From sequence record SRR22947727_1835: 33,810 nucleotides of DNA. One strand, 5' to 3'. The translations under genes were made by a program, and so were the position numbers. Under the pieces are notes generated by a model. That model did not search any database, was not told where the DNA came from, and was given only the letters and a program-made list of their open reading frames with translations. Below, piece after piece: positions 1-8,369 of the stretch; position 1 is the stretch's first letter, and every line of letters starts with the position of its first letter.

Positions 1-1
1 A

Positions 2-982
2 TGGTGGAAAGAAGGCAACGGCAAAAACCTTAAGATCAATAATGCAATCTTTACTGACAACATGTTCTTGTCTGAACCTGTAGAGTCAAAGCATAAGCAC
101 ATCAAAGGATTTCCATACATCTTTTTTTATTACAATAAAGATCGTCATGGAATGCCTTACGGATTGGTTAAAGATTTAATCGATGCGCAAGATGTGATTA
201 ACAAAATGTTTTCTAAGTCTATGCATATTTTGGCAACTAATCAGGTTTTAGCCGAAGCTGGAAGCATTACCGATCAAGGCAGACTTCAAGACGATATAAC
301 CAAACCGGACGCGATACTCGATGTATTTAAGACTGGTGCTCTTCGTGACGGCTCCGTAAAGATAGAGAACAACTACGACAAGGCTTCTTTAGCATTCCAG
401 CATTTCAATGTTGGCTTAGATGCAATGAATCGTATCTCTGGGGCAAATAACGAGCTTCAAGGTAATTATTCTAATGCTCGATCAGGTACAGCAATTTCTA
501 TGCGTATGCGTCAAGGCAATACTGTTCTTACAGATATTTACGATTGCCTAGAGAAAGTATCTAAGGATTTGGCAGAAAGATTTGTTTTGCTTGCAAGCCA
601 ATACTTCGACAAAGAAAAAATATTTAGATACACCGACAATCAAGGCGAATTTCAATCCATTACAGCAAACAAAGATGTTTCTGAAGTGGACCCTGTTACG
701 GGTGAAACTATATCCGGCAAATCAAATAGCCTTGAGAATGTTTTTGAATACGATGTTGTTATTTCCGAAGCTGCCAAAGCCGGAAATGCTAACGAACACG
801 AATTGACTTTAATCTCAGAGATAATGAAAGGGCATCCAGAATTGATGACTCCACAATTAGCGGCTGAGTTCTTCAGAGCAACAAACCTGAAGAGTAAACA
901 AGATCTCGCAAAAGCGGTTATGCCGCCTGAGCAACCCGCCGGGGATGGTATGCCTACCCCTGGTTCAATCCCTAATGGTTAA
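2..982 (+). CDS. Portal protein, P22-like, 5'-truncated
   Basis: Frame is open from base 2 (WWKEGNGKNLKINNAIFTDNM...). Motifs PYGLVKDLIDAQDVINK, ISGANNELQG..NARSGTAI..R..QG and YDVVI are typical of P22-type portals. Lies before scaffold and capsid. Confidence 0.88.
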   Translation, partial: WWKEGNGKNLKINNAIFTDNMFLSEPVESKHKHIKGFPYIFFYYNKDRHGMPYGLVKDLIDAQDVINKMFSKSMHILATNQVLAEAGSITDQGRLQDDITKPDAILDVFKTGALRDGSVKIENNYDKASLAFQHFNVGLDAMNRISGANNELQGNYSNARSGTAISMRMRQGNTVLTDIYDCLEKVSKDLAERFVLLASQYFDKEKIFRYTDNQGEFQSITANKDVSEVDPVTGETISGKSNSLENVFEYDVVISEAAKAGNANEHELTLISEIMKGHPELMTPQLAAEFFRATNLKSKQDLAKAVMPPEQPAGDGMPTPGSIPNG

Positions 983-1110
983 TGGATGGTACGCCTACCC
1001 GAAAACTAAGGAAAAAAAGTAGATGGATGAAGAAGTAGTAAACAACGAACTCAATGATCTTATCGATCAATTGATGCCCGATGAGGAAATCATGGATGGT
1101 ACGCCTACCC
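943..1110 (+). repeat. Three copies of GGATGGTAYGCCTACCC (943-959, 984-1000, 1094-1110)
   Basis: Read directly. Copies 2 and 3 are identical over 19 nt (ATGGATGGTACGCCTACCC); copy 1 has one C>T change in the 17-nt core. Confidence 0.95.
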
Positions 1111-1832
1111 AAGAAGAGAATCAAGCTGAAGTTGTTGAGCAAGAAGAAACCGAAGCAGAGGAAGAAACTCAAGTAGTTGAACCCGTTGAAGCAGAAGTTT
1201 CAGAAGATGATTGGAAGGCGAAGTTTGAAGCACTTCAGAAGCAGCATACGGATTATCAGTCATATAATGATCGTGCCCGTAATGACCTTCAGAAGCAGCT
1301 TGCAGAACTTAGCCAAAAGGAAGTTAAGGAAGAAGAAGCACCTAAGCCAGAAATAAATTTCGAAGAGCTTGGCGATTTGTTGTTAGATGATCCGGCAGAA
1401 TTTAGCCGTAAAATTATCGAAATGACAAGTAAGCCTCAGCAAAACGAAACTGATTTTGGACAGTTGCGGATTCAGATGATGGAAGATGTTATGAGAACAC
1501 AGCATCAAGACTACGATTCTGTAGTAGATCTGTTTAAACATGCAGCTTCGGTTAATCCTGAACTTACGACTAAATTTCATGAATCTGAGGATAAGGTTAA
1601 ATTTGCCTATCAAGAAGGCAAAAAGCTTTTAGCTGCTCAAGAAATCATGAAAGACCCCGTTGCTTACGAAAATAAAATCCGTCAACAAATTGAAGAAAAA
1701 CTACGTGAAAAAAATACACCGAAAACTCTTCAAGGAATCAATACAACAAGAAGCACTAAGTCTAAGGTCGTGAGTTCAGATGACAACGATTCTATGGCGA
1801 AAGAACTTCTTGGCGGGTTTGGTTTCGGTTGA
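1023..1832 (+). CDS. Capsid scaffolding protein
   Basis: Very acidic low-complexity N-terminus and predicted coiled-coil helices. Lies between portal and major capsid. AAGGA Shine-Dalgarno (SD) upstream. Confidence 0.75.
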   Translation: MDEEVVNNELNDLIDQLMPDEEIMDGTPTQEENQAEVVEQEETEAEEETQVVEPVEAEVSEDDWKAKFEALQKQHTDYQSYNDRARNDLQKQLAELSQKEVKEEEAPKPEINFEELGDLLLDDPAEFSRKIIEMTSKPQQNETDFGQLRIQMMEDVMRTQHQDYDSVVDLFKHAASVNPELTTKFHESEDKVKFAYQEGKKLLAAQEIMKDPVAYENKIRQQIEEKLREKNTPKTLQGINTTRSTKSKVVSSDDNDSMAKELLGGFGFG

Positions 1833-1868
1833 TTGAGCAGATCGGTTAATCATAAGGATTAATAAATC

Positions 1869-2936
1869 ATGGCTATTTATACAGTTGAAAGTACATACGA
1901 GCTTAACCAGAAGCAATGGTCTAAGAAGCTCTTTAAAGAACACCAGGAAGAAATTTACTTTAAAAAGTTTATGGGTCCTAGTCTTCAGTCTCCGATCATT
2001 ACACAGATGGAGCTACAAGCAAACGAAGGTGATAATCTAACTATCCCTAAGACTTACTTGCTTGATCCTGAAAGTGGTGTTGAAGGCGAAGGCGTTCTTG
2101 AAGGCAACGAGCAGACTCTTGATCAAGGTTACGACAAAATGACTGCTTACCAGATGCGTAATGCGGTACGTCTTAAACATAACCTTTACAAGTATGCAAA
2201 TGCTGTTAAGTGTTACGATCAAGGTAAAGAAGTTCTAGGAATTTGGAAGGCTCAGGAAACTGACAACCGCATTCTTAAAACTCTTTCTGCAAATCCAACT
2301 ACTAACCGTGTAATGGAAGCCGATGCTGGTGCAGCACGTAAGGCGATTCCTTCTCCGGCTGGTATTGATGGTATTGCAACTTCTGACGTTTTGACTGTTC
2401 GTGGTATCCAAGCTACTAAGCTTCACGCTATAACTGGCAATGCTGGTGCTTCTGAAAAGATGTACCCGATCAAAAACTATGACAAGTTTGGTTCTCAGAC
2501 TTACCTATTCTTCGTTGATCCGTTCAGTCTTAATGACCTTAAGAATGATCCTGAATACAAGGATTGGGCAACTGAAGAAAGCAGAGCAAGAGCTAAGTTT
2601 TTCCACGGTGCGGGTATCTGCATGATTGATGGTGTTGTAATCATCGAGTGTGATAAGATCCAACGTGAAGAGAACGGCAGTTCTGTAATGGTTTCTAAGA
2701 ATCTTTTCCTTGGTGCAGGTGCTTTAGCTTTCACTTACACAGGTACGACTCTTATGGATGGTCAGACTGGTCCTATGCAGTGGAATGAAAACCACACATT
2801 CGACTACGGTAATCAAGTCGGTATTGCGCTTGGTGATTGTAAAGGTGTTAAGAAAATTCAATTCACTCGTCAAAGTACTGGGGCTGCTCAGGACGACAAC
2901 GGTGTGATTGTTTTCTACGCTGCGTCTGTCGCCTAA
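1869..2936 (+). CDS. Major capsid protein, N4-gp56/DUF4043-like (HK97 fold)
   Basis: 355 aa with motifs KQWSKKLF..YFKKFMG, GDNLT, GVEGEGVLEGNE..L, QMRNAV and FDYGNQVGI. Followed by an intrinsic terminator. Confidence 0.9.
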   Translation: MAIYTVESTYELNQKQWSKKLFKEHQEEIYFKKFMGPSLQSPIITQMELQANEGDNLTIPKTYLLDPESGVEGEGVLEGNEQTLDQGYDKMTAYQMRNAVRLKHNLYKYANAVKCYDQGKEVLGIWKAQETDNRILKTLSANPTTNRVMEADAGAARKAIPSPAGIDGIATSDVLTVRGIQATKLHAITGNAGASEKMYPIKNYDKFGSQTYLFFVDPFSLNDLKNDPEYKDWATEESRARAKFFHGAGICMIDGVVIIECDKIQREENGSSVMVSKNLFLGAGALAFTYTGTTLMDGQTGPMQWNENHTFDYGNQVGIALGDCKGVKKIQFTRQSTGAAQDDNGVIVFYAASVA

Positions 2937-2942
2937 TCAATT

Positions 2943-2964
2943 GGGAGCCTTCGGGCTTCCTTTT
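2943..2964 (+). terminator. Rho-independent terminator after the capsid gene
   Basis: GGGAGCC-TTCG-GGCTTCC stem with a UUCG tetraloop, followed by TTTT. Confidence 0.88.
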
Positions 2965-3001
2965 ACTTCCTAATTTAATTTTTTTTCTGGAGAAATGAAA
3001 A

Positions 3002-3406
3002 ATGCCTACAATTAAAAGTTTCGCAAAGGGTAAGGCTGCTACTGCTGACCTTCCAATTAGAACTGTTGTTACTCAAAATAAACTAGACTTCTCGGCTACA
3101 AATGTAACTGCTGCTGACGTTGTGGAAGCTGTTCGAGTTCCTAAAGGTGCATTGATCTTAAGTGCATTTGTTCAGGTTCTTACTGCTGAAGGTTCTGCTG
3201 GTACGGCTGACTTAGGCGATGTGACAGACCCTAATGGTCTTGTTGCCGCTGCCGACATCAATGCCGTTGGTGTTGTTAAAGGTGCTGGTGCTTATCTTTC
3301 AGGTAAGGTTTATTCTGAAGAAACTGTTCTAAGTGTGATTCCTTCAATTGATCTTGATACTGCTGTTATCAAGGTTGTTGTTGAATACGCAATAGTCGAA
3401 GACTAA
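3002..3406 (+). CDS. Probable capsid decoration/cement protein
   Basis: 134 aa, Ala/Val-rich beta-type sequence (VPKGALILSAFVQV..GTADLGD) immediately after the capsid gene. GGAG SD. Confidence 0.6.
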   Translation: MPTIKSFAKGKAATADLPIRTVVTQNKLDFSATNVTAADVVEAVRVPKGALILSAFVQVLTAEGSAGTADLGDVTDPNGLVAAADINAVGVVKGAGAYLSGKVYSEETVLSVIPSIDLDTAVIKVVVEYAIVED

Positions 3407-3421
3407 GGCTAAGGCTTCACT

Positions 3422-4204
3422 GTGATAGATAAAATCTTAACTCGCATTCGTAACATTACGACAGACGTGGACGGCCATTATTGGACGGATACAGAGCTGA
3501 AACTATTAATAGATGATGCTCAAGAAGAATATTGCAGAGAAACAAGATCTCTACGCAGTGAAGCTCCTTTAACTACTCGCGAAAATTCTGAAATTTACAA
3601 TCTTCCTTTAGATTGTTACGAAGTTCTCAGACTTGAACGAGCAGACGGGCATGTACTTAAACATGTGACAAGTGACCACCTTCAAAGAATTTACGGCAGT
3701 CACTTTAGATCTTGCAAAGGTGAGCCTTGTTACTTTTACCAGGATCTTGACAACGAAGATCAACTACGCTTTTTCCCAAGTCCTTCGTTAGATATTCGAG
3801 CTACTTTTATTCCCTTCGATCAAGAAGAAGGTGCATTAGTTCAGGTTCAGGATGATTTAGGCGCTGACATACCTTTCGATCAAGAGGAAGGTGCTGTTGT
3901 CGATACTGACGGTGAAGACCTTTTTAATCAAAACGAGGGTGTTGTATCTGCTGTTTTATCTACAGATGCAGCTTACAAAGTTTTTTATATTCGTAGACCT
4001 CAAGAGGGTGTTGTCGAAATCAAGGATCAAAAGGCTTTGGCTTACTATGTTTCTTCTGAGTGTTTCAGAAAAGAAGGACCATTCAACGACCTTAAGAGGG
4101 TTGAGTACTACAAGCAAAAATTTGAAGAGCGTGTTATGATTGAGAGGCAACGCGTGAACAACTCCTTTGGTGCCTCTCATAGAGTTCAGGGGAATTATTG
4201 CTAA
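3422..4204 (+). CDS. Head-tail adaptor protein
   Basis: GTG start. N-terminal RIRNITTD....WTDTELKLLIDDAQEEYC, YNLPLDC and C-terminal ALAYYV..ECF fit podovirus adaptor patterns, as does the position. Confidence 0.68.
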   Translation: MIDKILTRIRNITTDVDGHYWTDTELKLLIDDAQEEYCRETRSLRSEAPLTTRENSEIYNLPLDCYEVLRLERADGHVLKHVTSDHLQRIYGSHFRSCKGEPCYFYQDLDNEDQLRFFPSPSLDIRATFIPFDQEEGALVQVQDDLGADIPFDQEEGAVVDTDGEDLFNQNEGVVSAVLSTDAAYKVFYIRRPQEGVVEIKDQKALAYYVSSECFRKEGPFNDLKRVEYYKQKFEERVMIERQRVNNSFGASHRVQGNYC

Positions 4205-5706
4205 TGAGTATTTCACAATTTTTTAAGAGGTTAATCGGCAGAGAAGATATTGCCTTCGATGATAGTCGAAACAACGAGCAGTTTTCAGACGGCAAGGGAA
4301 ATACTTACTCTAAAGTAAATGCTAAACATATTCCTTTACCTACAGATAAATTTGACTTGCCAAATACTTCCAATGTGTACGACCTTTTAGCTTTATTGGT
4401 GGAGGGTTTGAATATTGAATCTATCATCGATCAAGATGGTGGTGTTACGACTTTAAGTTCTAATCTTAAAATTCATGAGAAAGTTGGTGAGCCTAATGGT
4501 AATAACGATTCTACAAGCGGCTATTCTCTTGGTGATATCTGGCTTGACTTAACTCCAAATGCAAGACAAGCTTATATTTGCCTTTCCGATTCTCAAGCTT
4601 CTGCTGATTGGGGTAATATTACTGGTGGTGGTTCGATAGATTCTGGAACTGCGACAATATCAGCTTATACAGATATCGTTGTCATACCTGGAACGACTTA
4701 CACTCTTCTTGATTCTGACTCAAGTAAGCTTTTAGTATTTACCAGTTCTACAGATGTGACCGTTACTGTGCCTATTGGTTTAACATTAGGCCATAGTGCT
4801 GCTTACCTTCAAGGAAATGTAGGCAAGATAACTTTTGATGTTGCTGCGGTTTCCACTTTAACTACTGGATCTCTGACAACTATTCAAGCAGGCTCTTTGG
4901 TTTCCTCTTTTGCATGGCAAGCTGATAATTTTGCTTTTGCCGGGCAATTGGACGGTGCGCCAATTATCGGAAATATCGAAACAGTTTATCGAGAATTAAC
5001 TATTCAATCAGGTGCAAGCTACGAAACAATTCAGGCAACTTGTGATTCAGTAGGTTCTTATATTCGTGCAGGTGTAAATGTAGTAATTAAGCTTGAAGAT
5101 GGTTTGTACGATATCGGTGCCAATGCAATCTTTACACCAGACTTTTCGGGCGGTGGTTTATTATTTATTCAAGCTGAGAATCCTGGTACTGGTCCAACAC
5201 AGAAAAATGTAAGAATAGTTGGCACAGGTTCATATCGTTACCCTAATTTCCCACCTTATAATACAGGTGTTGAAGATGCAAGATTTTTAATTGTTTGTTC
5301 TGGTGCAAATTATGTATTTTTGGGCGACTTAGAATTAGAGCTTAATGCGACAACTGACGCGCAAAATGCAACGGTTGTTGCTGCTTTCGGACAGGTCAGC
5401 GTAAACGAGTGTTATATAAAAAATACGACACTATCAAATACGAATAATAGCTTTGGTTGTATGGCCTCAAATGGCGCAAAATTAAACTGTTACAATGATC
5501 ATTTTGAGCTTCCTAACTCTCATCCACAAAATAGTATCGCTGTTTCTGCTAATGGTCAGGCTACGGTACGGGCGAATGGATGCTCAGGCACCTCAGAGTT
5601 CTCTTATCATGTAAATGGTAGCTCTTTATTATCTTATGGAAATGATTTAATGGTTCCTTACATAGCAACTGAAATCCAAGGGTCAGGTACAATTTATGCT
5701 GAATAA
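4204..5706 (+). CDS. Tail fibre/spike-like protein
   Basis: ATG at 4204 overlaps the upstream TAA. Modular sequence: N-terminal anchor, P..NDSTSGYSLGDIWLD..AYIC..W module, TTYTL..D..K module and a probable C-terminal beta-helix. Followed by a chaperone-like gene. Confidence 0.65.
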   Translation: MSISQFFKRLIGREDIAFDDSRNNEQFSDGKGNTYSKVNAKHIPLPTDKFDLPNTSNVYDLLALLVEGLNIESIIDQDGGVTTLSSNLKIHEKVGEPNGNNDSTSGYSLGDIWLDLTPNARQAYICLSDSQASADWGNITGGGSIDSGTATISAYTDIVVIPGTTYTLLDSDSSKLLVFTSSTDVTVTVPIGLTLGHSAAYLQGNVGKITFDVAAVSTLTTGSLTTIQAGSLVSSFAWQADNFAFAGQLDGAPIIGNIETVYRELTIQSGASYETIQATCDSVGSYIRAGVNVVIKLEDGLYDIGANAIFTPDFSGGGLLFIQAENPGTGPTQKNVRIVGTGSYRYPNFPPYNTGVEDARFLIVCSGANYVFLGDLELELNATTDAQNATVVAAFGQVSVNECYIKNTTLSNTNNSFGCMASNGAKLNCYNDHFELPNSHPQNSIAVSANGQATVRANGCSGTSEFSYHVNGSSLLSYGNDLMVPYIATEIQGSGTIYAE

Positions 5707-6217
5707 AAGTAAATATATTTTTGTAAATGAATCTACAGGTTCAGAGGTTAAATCTTTTATAGGCCAGCCAAATTTAAATTTCGGTAACATTAAAAAAGGT
5801 TTAAGGATATTCGTTTTAGATCCTCAAGAGGGTTTCAATTTCAAAGAAATTTCTCGATCAGAAAAAAGACAAGAGGCTAACGAATTACGAAAGTCTTTGG
5901 TCGAGGCTCCGATTGATTACAACGGGGAACTCTTCGATTCGGATAGCGTAAGCCGTGAGGCTTTATCTAGGACTCAAAGAACTCTTGAAAGAACTCCTGG
6001 AATTACTTTTGTAAATTGGACTACTGCAGAAGGTAGTACAAATGATGAAGTTCCTCTTTTTCCTGCCGATATCGAAGTGATTGACGATTTAATAACTCTT
6101 CGAGGCAACGAACTATTCACAGTTTTCCGTTTGGTTAAAGCTGAAATAGAAGCCTCTGAAGCAACTTGGTCTATCAATGTCCAAGAGCTTTACGATCTAA
6201 AAAAGACTGAGGTTTAA
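5696..6217 (+). CDS. DUF4376-like fibre-associated protein
   Basis: IDYNGELFDSDSVSREAL....VNWTTAEG..VPL pattern, directly downstream of a fibre gene. Confidence 0.68.
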   Translation: MLNKSKYIFVNESTGSEVKSFIGQPNLNFGNIKKGLRIFVLDPQEGFNFKEISRSEKRQEANELRKSLVEAPIDYNGELFDSDSVSREALSRTQRTLERTPGITFVNWTTAEGSTNDEVPLFPADIEVIDDLITLRGNELFTVFRLVKAEIEASEATWSINVQELYDLKKTEV

Positions 6218-6220
6218 AAA

Positions 6221-7702
6221 GTGTTTTCAAATCATGCACCTATTTGGAATTACCGAAGAAACCACGCTCTTCAGTTTCGTAATGCAAGGTTTGATGAGCC
6301 AGCGATCCCGGCATTCAATGATGCTTATTTTGCTGGTGGTAGTACTCATACTCTGGCCGTAACAAACTCCTCTGGCCTAAGCGTAAATTCTGATTTTACT
6401 TTAGAAGCTGTCGTCATACCCGAAGCGCATACGAATTGCGTTATAGCTTCTAAGAGCGTCAACGCGGATAGATCTTGGGAATTAAAGATTGATAACTTAG
6501 GCATTGTTACCTTCGCTATTTCCTCTAACGGAGCATCAGATGCCCTTTCACTATCTTCAGGCGATATAAATTACGAGAGTGACCCAGCCAACATTAATAT
6601 TTTAGCAGGTGAAAGATGTCACATTGTTGTTAGTAAATTAACTGATGCTGGTGGCCCTGGAGTTGATAGAATAGCTATCTATATCAATGGATATATGAAG
6701 ACATTCGTTAATAACGTCCAGGCTTTAACCCTTAATGACAACTCTGAGAATATCGAGATTGGCTATAATTATACTGATCAGGAGATGAAAGGGACTATAG
6801 CTCAAGTACGCTGGTTCAATAAAGGCATGTATGGTGATGAGATTGCTATTCTTGACAATCATTACAGTAGCCTTCCTGATAATATCAAAAACACTTGTGA
6901 ATTTGCTCATGATTACGTAGCTGAGATGACAGGGGCAACCGATCTAACTGGAAATAGCAGAGATCTAACTGGGATTACTGGAACTGGTGGCACAGCAATT
7001 GCCAATAACATCTATGACGACTCTCTTACAACTCAGGAATTCACAGCTAAGCCCGCTCTTTTCGGAGGTACAGCTTTAGGGTTCCCTCTAGATGCGGCGA
7101 TAACGGTCGAAGCTTTCCGTACTCGCATGGACTTCACTTTCGTCTGCATGTTCTCTAGTAAGAATGTAGGAACTAATCCTAGATTACATAGAGCGTCTGG
7201 CGGTGCGTCTTTCTACCAATGGAATGACTCTTCAGGGCAGATAGCGACAAATGACGTTGTATCAACATTTGAGCCTGTAACTGACTCTTTACATTCCCTA
7301 GTCATAACACGAAATAAATATTATACAAAGATCATGGTAGATGGTGTTGTGGTTGGTGAAGGCTTGGAAGATATGACCTTTAACGGATCAGGTATTCCTA
7401 TCATAGGAGGTTACGATGCCGGATCTACTTTCGAATGGAATGGTATTATGACTGGTTATTACTGGGCCGACACTGGCTGCTCTGAAAATGCTGCTCAAGA
7501 CCTATTCGAAGCCGGAAAAGTTAAAACATTGTCATCCATGCCTAAATGGTTTAGAGATCGTTGCTATTATGGCTTTGACTTCCACAGTCTTAATCAAGGC
7601 GCAACTGACGTAACTGGGAATGGTAATAATTCTACTCACGCTAATGTTAGTACAATTAATTATACTTCTTCATCAAACCTTCAATACATTGAATCTGCTT
7701 AA
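6221..7702 (+). CDS. LamG/concanavalin-A-like two-domain virion protein
   Basis: DFTLEAVV, HIVV, IAIYING, IEIG..MKGTIAQVRWFNKGM, and a second copy with HSLVITR, IMVDG, IIGG..WNGIM. Each half ends in GATD(L/V)TGN. Confidence 0.72.
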   Translation: MFSNHAPIWNYRRNHALQFRNARFDEPAIPAFNDAYFAGGSTHTLAVTNSSGLSVNSDFTLEAVVIPEAHTNCVIASKSVNADRSWELKIDNLGIVTFAISSNGASDALSLSSGDINYESDPANINILAGERCHIVVSKLTDAGGPGVDRIAIYINGYMKTFVNNVQALTLNDNSENIEIGYNYTDQEMKGTIAQVRWFNKGMYGDEIAILDNHYSSLPDNIKNTCEFAHDYVAEMTGATDLTGNSRDLTGITGTGGTAIANNIYDDSLTTQEFTAKPALFGGTALGFPLDAAITVEAFRTRMDFTFVCMFSSKNVGTNPRLHRASGGASFYQWNDSSGQIATNDVVSTFEPVTDSLHSLVITRNKYYTKIMVDGVVVGEGLEDMTFNGSGIPIIGGYDAGSTFEWNGIMTGYYWADTGCSENAAQDLFEAGKVKTLSSMPKWFRDRCYYGFDFHSLNQGATDVTGNGNNSTHANVSTINYTSSSNLQYIESA

Positions 7703-7712
7703 GGAGAAATAG

Positions 7713-8369
7713 ATGAACTATTTTTATGATAAAAACACCAAAGAATTTCTCTACGATGACGTAAAGCAAATTGATCCTTTGGCGACTCGAAAAGCTGGTA
7801 AAGAAGTACATGTGATTTATCCGAATTGTACAGACATAGAACCACCGGCAAAAGAAGAAGGTAAGACTGCTGTCTGGATGGATGATCAATGGGTTATGCA
7901 GGTTGATAATCGTGGTCTTAGATACTTCAAAGATAACGACTGGAAAACGATTGATAAGATTGGCGAAGAAGTTCCTGAAGGTGGATTACTTAAGGATTCT
8001 ATAGAGCTTAAAAAAATCTATGCCAAAGATCTTCTGAAGTCTGCCAGAAACGGTAAAGTTTCAGAACCAGTAGAGCACAAGAAAAAGCTTATTCAGGTAG
8101 ATACTTCCTCTGTTATTAATATCAACGATGCGATTGCCGAAGTCGAAGAAAATAGTCTTACGGGTGTGACGATTGATTGGCGTACAGCGGACAACTCTTA
8201 TGTGACTTTAAATGTTGGTGATCTTAAAGAGATAAATCAAAAACGCAGATCTAAGAAAAGAATTGCTTTCAAAATTTTTAATGAGTTCTTGGAGCGTGAA
8301 GACCTTCATGAAATTGATATTCAACATGAGTTTAATTCAAGATTTCAGGAGGCTTTAAATGTATCTTAA
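7713..8369 (+). CDS. Tail fibre assembly protein fused to a DUF4376-like domain
   Basis: N-terminal YFYD..TKEF..PNCTDIEPP..EG..AVW..QW..DNRG (Tfa-like) and C-terminal IQVD..S..NI...IDWRTADNSYVTL. AAGGAG SD. Confidence 0.75.
   Translation: MNYFYDKNTKEFLYDDVKQIDPLATRKAGKEVHVIYPNCTDIEPPAKEEGKTAVWMDDQWVMQVDNRGLRYFKDNDWKTIDKIGEEVPEGGLLKDSIELKKIYAKDLLKSARNGKVSEPVEHKKKLIQVDTSSVININDAIAEVEENSLTGVTIDWRTADNSYVTLNVGDLKEINQKRRSKKRIAFKIFNEFLEREDLHEIDIQHEFNSRFQEALNVS

Noticed and set aside
958..976. GGTTCAATCCC resembling a tRNA T-loop
   Set aside because: The flanking 5-bp T-stem does not pair, no cloverleaf can be built, and it lies in the portal coding sequence.
1011..1022. A-AAA-AAG slippery-like run that might fuse the uORF to the scaffold
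   Set aside because: The -1 (scaffold) frame meets TAG at 1020-1022 just before the scaffold ATG, so no fusion results.
943..1110. The triple repeat as a mini-CRISPR array
   Set aside because: Repeats are only 17-19 nt, spacers are very unequal (24 and 93 nt), two copies are in coding sequence and no cas genes are present.
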